Below are positions 26,801 to 39,952 of a stretch of DNA of 64,000 bases, piece after piece. This DNA comes from Phoronis australis. Lineage: Eukaryota; Animalia; Phoronida. The notes beneath the pieces are model-generated. The model saw only the letters and a program-made list of their open reading frames with translations, was not told the DNA's origin and did no database searches. Location of the stretch: assembly GCA_002633005.1 (NCBI GenBank), contig NMRA01000001.1, forward strand, positions 23,527 to 87,526. Reading direction: 5' to 3'. Position 1 is the stretch's first letter. Every line of letters begins with the position of its first letter. The translations under genes and the position numbers were made by a program.

Positions 26801-29800
26801 AAACTTGGTAGGAAACTCTCTTTAAATTAGAGGACCAAATAATACTTGCAGGCAGTAGTTAAGCTGAAACAGAACTGTTTCTTTGTTACTGTCTGACTAC
26901 ACTCACTCTGAATGGGGACCAGTGTTTAAAGGTGGCTGGGGTGGTACCTTTTGAAGGTATTTTGAACCTTTTTTGTTGGTTTAAGATAGCAAAATTAATA
27001 AATCTTCAAGCAGGAAGTATGATGATGTGAACGAGTCGTACAGGGCAAATACTTTGTCTCAGCAGATAAAGTACAGTTTTAGTAATAAATTCCTTGCCTG
27101 TGTCTTGCATCATTGCTCAGACTAGTCAAATGAGAAATTGTAACCTGCCGGCCATTGACCGCGGCAGGGATTGTTTTAGAAAAACATGGGTATCGTTCAA
27201 TGGAGCCTAAGGTCGTGTTTGGAAGAGCTGTGGCGTTTTAATTTGACCAAACACAAGTCCATTGTAAGTTTGTTTCTGTATTTTTACAGACCCACCGTGT
27301 CATTAGCTCTGCTTGTTTGATCAATAACATTTGTTATGATCAGCTGTTCTACGCTCTATTATGCCTGACAAAATAAAGGCAGGATTGCAATACAATCTTT
27401 AGTGTTCCCTGTGGTTAACTGGAATCAACCACAGTGCATCAGTGAAAATATTGAGTCACTAATGACCTAAGGCGGAAAGGAAAAGCATTAAAAACAAAAT
27501 AGATATCAATATTAGACTTTCACAATGCATAAGTTCTGCTTTTTAGTAATTTTAATTTTTGTGGGCACACAATTATATTTACGTGGGCACATTACTCTGC
27601 AGCCATCTCCATCTCCCCGCCATCCACTGCTGTATTGCTCTATGTCCCAATGTCACCATGGGTATTTGGTGGCACAGTTGTGTTTAGCAATAGACTTTCT
27701 ACTAGGAAATGTACTGAATGTTTGACTCATTCTAGGATGCCATGGCGATGAACAAGATGAACGTCTTCCACTGGCATATTGTCGACGATAACTCGTTTCC
27801 GTATGAGAGCAGAGTGTTCCCTGGTCTGAGCCAAAAGGTAAATAGTGGGTCTGTGTGGACAATTAACGTATGTTGCGAAAACTTTCATGCGTAATGTGCT
27901 TTGTTTCAATCTTATCACTAGTAGATATTAATTACTTCTTACTGGGTCTTTGCCTGTTTGAATAAACGATAACTGTTGGTTAGGCACTCAGATATCACAC
28001 TATTGAATCTTGTCGTAGTTGAACAGACTGCTGTAGTCAAGCCCATCCAGTCCTGCACCCCAATACGTATTTTCGTCTACCTCTTCTCCGTAATTCAACT
28101 TGAAGACTGAGGATACTTTGGTGAATGTGAAATTTTCTGCTCTGTACAGATTCAATGATCTCTGCAAAAACTGACAATAATTATTAATATCCCTTGCCCG
28201 AATTATAACCAATGAAATGAGCATTGAATGCGAGCATGTTGCCGAAGTCACAAGGATGCTATTCAGAAATCCAAGGAAGTATCGTAGCCGACAAGCGAGT
28301 GTGCTAGAGATTAAAGTAACACCTGGCTGGTCGGTGATATTTTCAGTTGAAAAGGTGACTGTGCAAGTTTTGGAGATCAAGTGACTTTGTTCTAAGTTGA
28401 TGTGCGACTGTCATTGGTGTGAAAGGTATTTAACATTATCTGGCTTTGCTGTTTTTCTAGGGAGCATTTGAGCCCTACACCCATGTCTACACTCAGTCTG
28501 ATGTGGCAGAAATCATCGAGTACGCTCGTATCCGCGGCATTCGAGTAGTCCCCGAATTTGACACACCTGGTCACAGTCAATCCTGGGGCAAAAGTCAGCC
28601 AGACCTGCTGACCAAGTGTTACTCTGGAACTAAACCATCGGGTAGCTATGGTCCAATAGACCCCACTGTGAATACAACGTACACCTTCTTGACCTCATTT
28701 TTAAAAGAGCTATTCCAAGTGTTCCCCGATAAGTACATCCATTTAGGAGGTGATGAGGTTTCCTTTAGTTGCTGGTAAGTATATGAGTAATCCGGGTCAC
28801 GGCACCAAAATGATTACGAAATGTCCTACTGGAAGAATCATCTTTGTGGTCGTACTCTCAAAACAATTTTATCAACAATTGTATCGGCAATGTTCCTTGA
28901 CTAGTTTCTATTGCCGTGCAATAGCACAATTCCTAAGTGGCGAGGTTGGCTCTAACATATGTTGGCATACCAAGAACTGCCAAACAACGAATCTTAGAAA
29001 TCGCTGACATCTTTTGAGTTTGCTCAAAATTAATTTGACAAAGAACAAATTTACAAGAATGGGAAGCAGCAGCTATCAAAAATATAAATGGTCGCTGTTA
29101 TTACAAGATGATGTCATGTTATTACAAGATGATGTCATGTTATTACAAGATGATGTCATATTATTACAGGATGATGTCATGTTTTCTTCAACTGAAAGAG
29201 CCCCATTGTATATCATGGAGAGAAAACTCTCATTAAATATCACCCTAGTACTGGTTGTGTTCTTACCCTTGTCTGGCTAACACAAGATGTTGCGTAGTGG
29301 AATGTGTAAATGATTTACGCAAAACTGCTCGAGGTCACATTATCTACTTTTAACCACTTACAGGAAAAGTAACCCCTTAATTACGGCCTTCATGAACAAG
29401 ATGGGTTATGGAACTGACTACTCCAAGCTGGAGGGATTCTACATCGCAAGGTGAGGCTAATGGTAGCGCTTCAAAGTAACACCTGAAAATGTCTTGGACA
29501 TGTGTGTTAGCAATTCACTGGCAATTGAGACAAATCTTGTATGGAGATTGAACAGACATTGTAATCAAATAGTTTTCTGTATATTGCTGCGTGTTCTGTC
29601 TAATTTTCTGCCTCTGTTTTCATTTTTGTTGTATTTAATGCATCTCGGTTTGCTTTTTGGTGTCTTAAAGGAAAAATGTGACTTGGGTATTTGTCACGGA
29701 AGTCATTTGATAATTTCAATAACCATTTTCTGACAGCGGCCACCTGATGATGTTGAGAGGCTGTACGACACCTTGAAGTAATTCTAAAAGTGGCATAAGT

Positions 29801-32800
29801 GCCTATATCAGCTCTACCATTCTCACCTACAACATATTTTTGAAGTAAATTTCACGGTGTTCTCTGTTTTGTGCTACTAACGTTTCAAGCTGTTTCTTTC
29901 TGAATGTTTATTTATTTTTAAAGGCTCGTTCTGTCTGTATTGGGCTGCTTTAAAAGGATAAAATATTTATTGAATAATTAAATTCAGCTTCTGTTATCCA
30001 TTGAATAACACTTTGTGAGACATAATAGTATTTGTTTAATAAGAAAAGTATGGTGCATGTTACTGTTATTGCATCGTTGGTATCCGCCTCAAAACTTTTA
30101 TGTAAATTTGCCTCGGCAAACATAAAAGTTTAATCATGACAGACATAGGCTTGGTATTTTTTTCTACTTTTCTGTTTCCGTGTTGCACATTCTGAAATTT
30201 CTACTTATGCTCCCTGAGTTCTTTTTATGAGAAATGGCAAAGGAATAACAATTTTCAATTTGTTAACTTATGGTTCGCTTTTTGAGTCACCATTTATTTC
30301 TTAGTACAAATTCGTGGATTGAATTACCACAAAATTAAATGATTACTCATGGCAGTTCTTGAGTTTCACTCTAGAAGGTTACCTAAATATAGGGACAACG
30401 CATATCTATGACATTGGTTGATGTGACAATAAATATCCCACAAATAAGTTCTCAATCAAACATCTTAATGACATACCTTCATGTTATTGGGCAAATCATG
30501 TATAATCAAGTGTTTGTCATACAAGTTTATCATTTGCTAGGTAATCGGCAGTCACTGGGCAGTGACACTAACCCCCGTTTGTGTTTTTCCTTGATCATTT
30601 CGTTCAAGGCTTCACAGGAGGTTCTTTCCCATAACATCGTAATGCCCCCAATTGAAAGAATCCTTCTTCATCACTGTTCGACAGATCGCCGAAGCTCATT
30701 TTTGTGACCGGCAATGTAGTTTTGTCTGTCAACAGTCCAGCATCTGATCTCCACTGTGCATCATTGTTGTCGCAGTTACGCTTATTACCCGGAGTGTCAC
30801 AGCCGTCAGTCATGCCGCAACCGCATTTCCCACTTCCTGGCCTGGCTCCGCCCCAGTAGTGCATCGGTGTGCCATCTCGGGAGTACCATGTGGCACTACC
30901 AGTGATGTGCCTGTCTACACACTCATATTTAATGTACTTTTCACAATTTGATGAAATTTCAATTAGTTTGACGATTTGAGGAATCGATGTGGTGTATTTA
31001 ACATCTCATGCTTCGGAATTCCCAGCATTCCTTCTTTGCTCAGAGTCGTGATGTACAATTGTGATTGGTTCCCCATAGTAATTTACCATATCGCACTCGA
31101 CTTCAAAGTGATTAACTCCTCCGGGGCCGTCAGGATCGATGATGTAAACACCATCTGTAGTAAATCCTGCATCGTACCAAGCCTTGCAACTGGACAGAAC
31201 TGGAAAAAGTCACAAGCCTAAGTGAAGTTTACTGAGTTTTGAGATTCAGAGATCTAAGTGCCAATTCCCATATTCCAAACTAGTATTATTCGTTTCCGGA
31301 GGTAGAAAAATGCGTTGTGCATTTGACTTATTTTGTGAAATCTAGGACCAATAGCACACTTCTGGGCTGGATGTAAAAGTGAAGAATGTTCAATCATGCC
31401 TTTAACTTGGCTTTATTGTTTTCAGAATGCCAAATTGCACAGTTATGTAAAAGTAACATTTACTTATTAGCCTGTGTGCATTGTACAACTGTGGACTGAG
31501 TGCATTGTACAACTGTGGACTGAGTGCCCTTCGGCTGCATTGTATTGTGGTTACACCGCAGACTATTTCAGTAAATTCAAAGTTCTTTGTGGTTCCATTT
31601 TTCATCAAGAATTCGCACACAGGCAAGATGTCATCCAAATGTTTCACTTTGCAAAATCTGGAGAATTTTTTAGTTGTCTTTACATCACACCCATTGGCCT
31701 TTAAATCGCAAACTGCAGATGACAATGAAATATTAATTGGGCTTTAAGGAAATGATGATGTTTGTTAAGTGAAAAAGTGCATCCAACAAGCTGTTATCGT
31801 CCGACTCTGTTCTTTAATATATTGTTCAGATTGACTTTACAACTTGTTAATGCAGTCTTGCAGCGATTCAGTTCTCCCAGGTACTTGTCTTTCTCTTGGT
31901 GAGAGATGTTGAGAGTGTGAACATTGACTACAAGGTTTCCCAACAAGCCATTCTTTGTCTTCTCTCAAACGTCCAATTTAGTCTTCAGACGTAGACTTTT
32001 TATGTCAAGTTGAGATTTAACATCAGAACATTTAGCGTGGTCATCCAGCATTGCGTTCAATCGGTTTTCTTTAACTAACCTTTCGGTTTCAAAATTGGAT
32101 AGCTTTGTTTCCAATTCTGCGTTTTCAGCTTTCAGTCGAATAGATTCAATCACTACCTTGCTCAGTGCATTCTGCAGTTGTACCCTGGTGTAATTAACAG
32201 GGGGGCGGTGAGGTTGGAGAAACAGCGTCTAATGCCAGCAACAACAGCAGCACTGTCCACGGAGCCATCATGATGATTTCTTTCAGAAACTAAACTTTGT
32301 TTCAAAAATGGGAGGTANTCCAATTTAGTCTTCAGACCTAGACTTTTTATGTCAAGTTGAGATTTAACATCAGAACATTTAGCGTGGTCATCCAGCATTG
32401 CGTTCAATCGGTTTTCTTTAACTAACCTTTCGGTTTCACAATTGGATAGCTTTGTTTCCAATTCTGCGTTTTCAGCTTTCAGTCGAATAGATTCAATCAC
32501 TACCTTGCTCAGTGCATTCTGCAGTTGTACCCTGGTGTAATTAACAGGGGGGGGGTGAGGTTGGAGAAACAGCGTCTAATGCCAGTAACAACAGCAGCAC
32601 TGTCCACGGAGCCATCATGATGATTTCTTTCAGAAACTAAACTTTATTTCAAAAATGGGAGGTATGCCAAACCATCCACCTTACATCATTTTGTATAAAG
32701 ACCAATGTCTAGTATATTATCAAATGGGTTATCAGATCACAGTTTTAGTGATAAAAAGGTGATTAGTAAATGTTCTTCAGTTTTGGATTGTCTCTAAAAT

Positions 32801-35800
32801 TTGAGTCACCAAAATTTAACCCAACCTTGAACTTTCTTTATTCCTTCAGATTGGCACATGGGGATTTTGGCGTTCTTCATATTTGTCAAATATCAGATGT
32901 AGCATTTTGAAACAAATTGGCATCTGAAAATAAATTTGGCAGTTTGTAAAATCGTAGAATAGAGCCGTCGACGCAACATTTTCAGGTGCCCCCTTAGAAG
33001 TGAATGGCCGTATAACGTTAATCATAATTCTTTGATTTGGAAGAGCCAGTGTAGCCCATTTATAAAATTTAGTACCTGGTCTGACCTTGAGCAAAGTAAT
33101 TAGTGATTTTTTTTCACTGTGAAACGGAAGAATTCCTACTTTACGTCTAGTACTATCCTGTGATCTCAAATCACAGAGTTTCTTATGCCAAAATATACAC
33201 CTTGTAAACAGACCAATGTCCACATGAAAAACAGTTATATCATGAAAAGTTTTGTGATGAGAATATGATTGACACGCAGCCTTGACATTGCAGACCGTGG
33301 TTTGGTATGTTGACCCCAGGGATACAGATACTATATATGTGTGTGTGTGTTTGATTTATCATCTACCATTTCGGAGACCACCTGATTCAATGCGCCCCTG
33401 TACTGGGAAAAACCACAACAAACTGAAAAGTAGCATTGAATCACGTGTTCTCAGGAAATGGGAACAGCGACATGGCAACTGGTCACATAGGATCGTATTA
33501 CCAGGGACTCTAGAGGATGACGAGGTACTTTGTATCTTTAGTTTAAACACATCATGTCTAACCCCATTCATTGTGAAAGGTTCTTTTCACGAACTCCAAT
33601 GTTTCCCTATGCCACCCACTGCAAAAACAAAGTAACTCCTGGTACAGCTAGGTGGCGCTACGATTTACTGGTTCCATGTGATCAACCCACAACCTTCCTT
33701 AAAGTGTCCCATTGTAACCACATTTTATGTGAAATTATTGCTTGGTAAATGAATACCAGCAATAGTAACTTACACGAGTAACATATTTTGGGAACCACTT
33801 CGGTGCCTGCTATTCATGGAAGAAAACTGGTTCTCAAAATTTGAGTCCCTTGGAAGTGACTTTCCCAAATACCAGTAATGCTTATGAAACAGTGGACTTC
33901 AATTCACGAGAGCGTAATCCTTACCAGCCTTTGTCCATCTTCTTATGTCACGTCTGTTCCTGGGATATTTTGGTCTCGGATTTTTCTCAATTCGAGTCTT
34001 CTGATATTTTAAAATTTGCCAAGAAATCCTGTGCATTAGGTATGCTGTATGGAAGAATCCTGTCTTGTTATGGACACGATACTTCTTCACAGCATATTGT
34101 GACTGAGGCTAAATTAACGAAAACAGGAAGTGAAGTCATCTGCTCAATGAAAGTGTTCGCTGAAGTATTGTTGGTGTAATAGTACATGTTGGTCCGTCCT
34201 TTAGTTCATTTGTGTTCCAATTAAGATTCAGTTAGAATGACCTAGTATGTATAACCGTATAGCAATTTGATGCGGTGAGATTTTGGAAACTAGCGATCCT
34301 CACTGCTGAATATTTCCTAATGTTTGATAATTAATAAATTGTTCTTAAACATGAGCATTATTTTCTATTTCAGATTGCTGGAGATCATCAAGTCCTTGTC
34401 TTCTGAGAAGGGTTATATCGTGTGGCAGGAAGTGGTCGATAATGGCGTAAAGGTAGGTATAGTTCAATCCTGTAAGTTAATGTTACTACTGCGTTTTCTT
34501 GACGATAATAATTTAAAGTCTTTTGAAGATGTCTGTAGGAATTTTTCGTAAGACTTTGTCTTTGGTTGCACGAAATTAGCTAATGGACACTGTGAAATGT
34601 CATGAAAAGCAGATTTTTTGCTCATGTGTAAAAAAATCTCACCCAATCTACTTAGAATGAATTTGTATACTAGAAGCTGTGCTCCTTACAGGTTTTAGTT
34701 TACAGTCTGTTATCAATTTTCTGTCATTTTTCTAAACCGTTAAAGAAAATTAGTGCACTTAATAGTGAGATTGACAGTTCAAATAAAAGGACAAAACTCC
34801 TTGTCAACTGAATCAAGAGATACTTGATTGTCCTCTCTATAAGGGCACCGTCTGTGCACCTGTAGCACAATGTATTGTAACAATAATGCAACAGTACCCA
34901 TAATGCAGTAATTCCCATAATTCAACGTCACCTATTCATCAGCACCCATACTGCAGCAATATCCACAACGTAAGTGACCTGTGGTTCAGAAACTTTTCTT
35001 GACTCATGCTGATGTGTCCTTGAGCAAGCAACTGATTCAGTTGTGTTTTCCAGTGATTTTACTTCACAGTTAATGGCTAGCAGTCATTTCTGGGCTATAA
35101 CATATACTGGGCTAGTGTTCCTCTCAGAGAGCTGAAAAAATCCTGACACTCGCACTGTAGGAACAAGAGTTTGTAACTGACAAAGTGAGCTAGATGGCTC
35201 ATGAAAAAATCCCCATGTTACTGCTTTCATGGTTCCACGACTCACACCCCTGTGCACAAGGAAAGAGCCTCAGTAGCAAAATATTCCAGGTTATGATGGT
35301 ACTTCAGTTTCCCATCATGCATTGTTACCCACAATTCTTAGGTTAAAAATGACACAGTGGTATCTGTGTGGAAGTACCATTGGGAGGGGCAGGAGCGACT
35401 TTACAAGGATGAACTGAGTAACGTCACTAGGCAAGGTTACCGGGTTGTTCTGTCCTCATGTTGGTATCTCAACGTGATTGATTACGGTGCCGATTGGCAG
35501 AAGTTTTATGGCTGCGAGCCCACAGGCTTCAATGGTGAGTTAACCAGTACACGCATGCCCCACTGATGCTTAGCGCCCTCTTTAGGCTAATTGTTTAACT
35601 GCTGGATCTTCTATGCAGTAGTCTCCTGCATGCAGTGGTTCCTGGTTTTGGCTGACACATGCAATCGGCTCTGGTAACAAAGATCTCTTCTAGATGATGG
35701 TCTCTCCAATCAAAACAAATAGCTTGATTACAAGAACATCTTCATTGCTTGCAGCATGTGCAATTAAATGTAAAAACCTGAAATCTTTTTTTTGAATTCC

Positions 35801-38800
35801 ATTCTCAAGGATTGAGAGGTCTGCCTGAAAGAGGGTGTTTCTGTCAACTTGGTGCTCGTTTCCGACTCAAGAGCACAGACTTTTCTTATGGGATGTCTGC
35901 AACCTCTGAAACAGATTAGCCACAGTAACGGCATTCTTTTGCAAATGAGTTGTTTGAAGTTGATGCAACTTACTGTCCAGTCTTGATATCAAAGTAAAGA
36001 TCAGTTCATGGTCAACACCGTGTCCAGCATCTGCAAGCTCATTGTCTTCTGTATGACAAACATCATCCTACCATGAGAGGGAGCACATGATTTTCACTGT
36101 TGTTTATATGATAGTATTAATATCCATCGGGTGCCTGACGTCTGTAGAATCCCACCGTCACATGACAGTCACGTATCTGTCACTCCTATAATGTGGCACT
36201 GGCATTTCTATGCCCCAAATTCCCACAGTAGGACGTTGTGTCCTGTCTTTATGTATTATGCATTGGGCGTTGTTGGAGCTAACAGTTGGCGGTCATCATT
36301 AACTGTAACTCTTAAACACACAGACACATGATTCTGGTATGAAAGGGTTAACCATGATCCTTCACAAATGTAAACTACAGGAGGCGCCACTGTCTTAAAC
36401 TGGCAATCATCCTCCCAGCAAAAGATAAACACAATGTAATGGAACACATGACTCTATACATGTCTGTTCAACTGAGTTTGTCCAATTTCTCCATTGTGAA
36501 CCACCATTACTTGTACTCTTCCTCAGGCCAAGGCGGACACAGTTGTGCATGTCTGGAAGGATGGTTCTAATTGGCCGAAGGAGATGTCCAAGGTAGTCAG
36601 CATGGGCTACCAGTCCATTCTGTCCTCGTGTTGGTACCTGAACTATATTGCCTATGGTAACGACTGGAGGCAGTACTACAACTGTGAGCCGTACAACTTT
36701 AACGGTGAGTCTGCTGCTGGAAATGGTCCCATGCTCTAGTCTGTCTCTTATCACACACTTCACAGCATTCATGTGAGAATTAATCAAATTTCAAGTACTG
36801 ACCACAGCAGTAAGTTCACAGAATACGGTTTGAGTTTCCATCTTTTCTTTTCTGTTACATTGCTTGGCTTCCCTGTGATTTTCAGGTTGGTGTTTACTCC
36901 AGCTTGCACATTGTGGTTGCTGCGTTAGCACTTTCTGACTCGTGTATTCATTGTGGTAGGGACTACAACTTAGATGACCAGACCTGTGAACACGGTCACG
37001 TTACAAATCGTCTACTTGTAATTCCCTTCTGTTTCTGTACTTCAGTAACTTGGTTAAGTAGCACAACTTTGTGTTGTGCTACCATTTGGTTGTTGTGCTT
37101 TTGGTTTTCTGCATCGGTCTCCTGTCTGTTGTCATGGATGCTGGTGCATTATGGGATGGGTGAAGGTGCATTATGGGATGGATGAAGGTTTATTATGGGT
37201 ACTGACAAAACAGGATTTGCTTGCCCCACCTGAAATATGACTTTTGGCAAACCAATGAATAAAATTTCTAACAAAATAACTGGTCAAATTTTCCTAACAT
37301 TTTTTTCAGTCCAATCCAGTGGTTCTGTGATACAATGGCAGCAACTTATAGTTTTCAAAAATTGAAAAAAACATAATCAAAGCTGTTTTGTTTGGTCAAA
37401 ACTTGTCGGAAATAAATTGTAAAAACAATCGCAACGAGAAAGGTTTTCTCTGAAATTCTGGCGGTGTTCCTATGATCAGATATTTGACTTTTTTAATCTG
37501 AAAACCACTGTCCTCATTGGCCTTTGAATTCACCCGTGGCACCGATCATCTCTGCCTAGGTGGATCAAGAGAATGTTGTGGTTGAGGCTTGGCTTGGCCA
37601 CGATGGTGGTTTCAAACAGGAACTTGCTAAGCTGACCAAGGCAGGCTACAAGACAATACTGTCAGCTTGTTGGTACCTTGACTACATCTCGTACGGCTCG
37701 GAGTGGTATAAATACTATGACTGTGAGCCGGGAGATTTTGACGGTGAGTGTGTCGGTACCTGCCAGACCCATCTGCCTTGCCCCTTCCCCCCTCTGCTTA
37801 CGTATTGCTTGCCTTTGTTGCTTGTCTGTCAAACTTTCCTCTGCTTTCATGTCTTAAACTTTTGCGTATCTACACCGTATGTGTTTTCTTTTGGGGTAAA
37901 TCGTAAAATTTCTTCACGTCGGATATACAGTATGGAGGATGAGTTTAATTTACCCAAATTTCTTCAAAAAAAGTACAGCTGATGCTGAAATCAAAACATT
38001 TGGAAATTTGGGATCCTTTTTTGTCGACGAAATTTGTTGTTTGATAACAAAAAAACACTTTGAGCTGTTGTTATTTTTCCCCAAATTGAAGACTTTTTAC
38101 TGAACTTAATGATCATTTTTGGATAGTGATAAACTACTTTGCAAGCTATTATGTCTAATTGTACTACTTAAGGTTTTGGGAATTTAAACTGTTTTTTAAT
38201 GACTGTTTATGTGTCACCATTAAATTACCATAGCGTTTTTGTATAACTTTTGTAAAAGTTTAACATGAGGCTGTCTAGCCTATTATTGTGTAGTTATTTT
38301 ATGTAATGAACTTACACTGCAAGTGGTAGTGATTTTGATAATGTGGATGGAGCGACACCTATTGGGATTTTGTCAAAATTTGGCCAGAATTGAACTGGAT
38401 TGTAGTCGATAACGAACTTATTTAATTGTGTAAATGTGGCTTTGTGCATTGAAATGCCAAGTTTCATCATTTTCCAGTTTGTCTTGAAAACAGCTACAAA
38501 TCGCCACCCAGTGTGTTTAAATCTCTTCCATTTTAATTTTCAGGTACAGAAGCACAAAAGAAATTAGTTGTTGGAGGTGAAGCTTGCATGTGGGGCGAAT
38601 ATGTCGATGGTACCAACGTTATTTCTCGCACCTGGTAAGCACTTTCGTTTCATTGAAGTTCATTGGCACATTTTACATTCAATAGCCATCCTAAACAAGA
38701 GTGGAAGGGTCGAATTTTTATTGGATGTTGCTCTTTTGTTGAGCACTCTTTGAAGCAAGCTGGTATCTATGAACAAGAACATTCAGCAGCATTTACTGAA

Positions 38801-39952
38801 TTTTGTTCTGTGCTTTTGAAAGGGACCTTAAACCCAGTGGACTTAATAATTAAATTTACTTAACTTTGGTTTTCATTCATGGATTCGTGGGACTCAAAAT
38901 CTTGGTAATTGACGAGTTGAAATTTCCAGTTACCTTAGTTTGAAAATGCCATAGTGTTTGATCCAAAGTTAGGTGATGAAATTAAGGTTGTCGAATAATT
39001 TTAACCATGTTGGATAAAATGATCCAATATTCCCCATTATTATGGTTGTGCGGAAGCCAAATTCATCGTCATAGTAGTCTTCCATCTTGACTGAGAATGA
39101 TGGGAAATGAACAGGAATGTTATTAACGTGGCCAAGTCATTTCCAGAATGTCCGTCACAAATATGTTGTGAACAAATGCTAATATCGTTTCACCTTTCAG
39201 GCCACGTGCCTCTGCTGTTGCGGAGAGATTGTGGAGTCCGCAGTCAGTCAAAGACTCGACAGCGGCGACGCCTAGGCTGAAGGAACAGCGTTGCCGAATG
39301 TTGAGGTACGTGAGCCGAACACTAAAATTAGGTGAAATATAATGGACATTTGTTCAAATAAATTATTTCTGGTGCTCGTTCTTATTGTGATCTTGGACAG
39401 TCACAACAATTATCTAATTGATAGATCTTGTTTTTGGGGGTTTGCTTTGCAGCAAACTTTCAGCCAGAAGGAACTCTCGATTTCTCCACAATGAGCCAAG
39501 TCTTGTACAGTTGAGTAGGTACCGGTTGGGGCTATGTTGTCATTCTATGCACGTGATCATCATTTAATGCATCGTCCAGCACGATGACTTGACCAGCACC
39601 TTCATTGTCTTGTATGGTCTTATTGTGTAATACGACTTCAATATGACACCACTTTTTTGTTATGTTTTACAACCAAAAGCTTGGAACAGTTATTGTGTTA
39701 ACTAGCACCAGGTGCGTAATCTGACTGCCGAGAATAAGAGACTATTAGCGTAAATGAAATCTTTGTTTTCTGCAGAACATGTCTTAAGAGATACTACTGT
39801 ATACAATGTTTTGAGTGGGTAACAGTTGAAAGCATGAGCTTTAATAGTACACATCACGTCTATTGCATTTGATTACAAGTTGTTCTCTTTTCAGGCGTGG
39901 ACTTCACGCTGAACCAATCAATGGACCAGGTTACTGTGATGTCGAAGTCTGA
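23834..39952 (+). CDS. HEXB: Lysosomal beta-hexosaminidase subunit (GH20, HEXA/HEXB family); first (signal peptide) exon not located
   Basis: Phase-consistent GT-AG exons: 23834-24130, 24597-24706, 26697-26807, 27736-27837, 28461-28774, 29364-29450, 34374-34452, one of [35342-35534 | 36527-36704 | 37560-37743], 38544-38634, 39201-39305, 39895-39952. Motifs [55 protein letters not shown], catalytic [36 protein letters not shown]. Probably co-orthologous to both HEXA and HEXB. Confidence 0.95.
24952..25438. mobile_element. Full-length MITE with TIRs and 6-bp TSD in a hexosaminidase intron
   Basis: Ends caaggcttggaat / attccaagccctg; flanked by direct CTAAAT (24946-24951, 25439-25444). Confidence 0.85.
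29097..29181. repeat. 21-bp tandem repeat x4
   Basis: gttattacaagatgatgtcat units. Confidence 0.9.
30604..32160 (-). pseudogene. Nested antisense disabled gene: coiled-coil region plus CASPR/Neurexin-IV-type fibrinogen-like domain
   Basis: Exon 30604-31199 (acceptor tttttccag) reads [101 protein letters not shown] with an in-frame TGA at 31006-31008. The upstream heptad-rich segment has a TGA at 31965-31967 and frameshifts. Confidence 0.75.
35342..35534 (+). CDS. HEXB: Hexosaminidase alternative exon copy A (193 nt, phase 0 to 1)
   Basis: ttcttag|[65 protein letters not shown]|gtgagt. Confidence 0.85.
36527..36704 (+). CDS. HEXB: Hexosaminidase alternative exon copy B (178 nt, phase 0 to 1)
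   Basis: cttcctcag|[60 protein letters not shown]|gtgagt. Confidence 0.9.
37560..37743 (+). CDS. HEXB: Hexosaminidase alternative exon copy C (184 nt, phase 0 to 1)
   Basis: ctgcctag|[62 protein letters not shown]|gtgagt. Confidence 0.88.

Noticed and set aside
31006-31008. In-frame TGA as selenocysteine or programmed readthrough
   Set aside because: The position does not correspond to a conserved Cys, other lesions exist upstream, and no SECIS could be recognised; pseudogenisation is simpler.
31972-32664. 346-bp direct duplication giving twin ORFs 31965..32153 and 32162..32500
   Set aside because: The copies abut an N join at 32318 and differ by only a few substitutions; most likely overlapping haplotype contig ends rather than a real duplication.
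35342-37743. Three exon copies as constitutive tandem exons or an assembly artefact
   Set aside because: Phase 0 starts and phase 1 ends are incompatible in series, the copies are highly diverged, and there is no N join in this interval.
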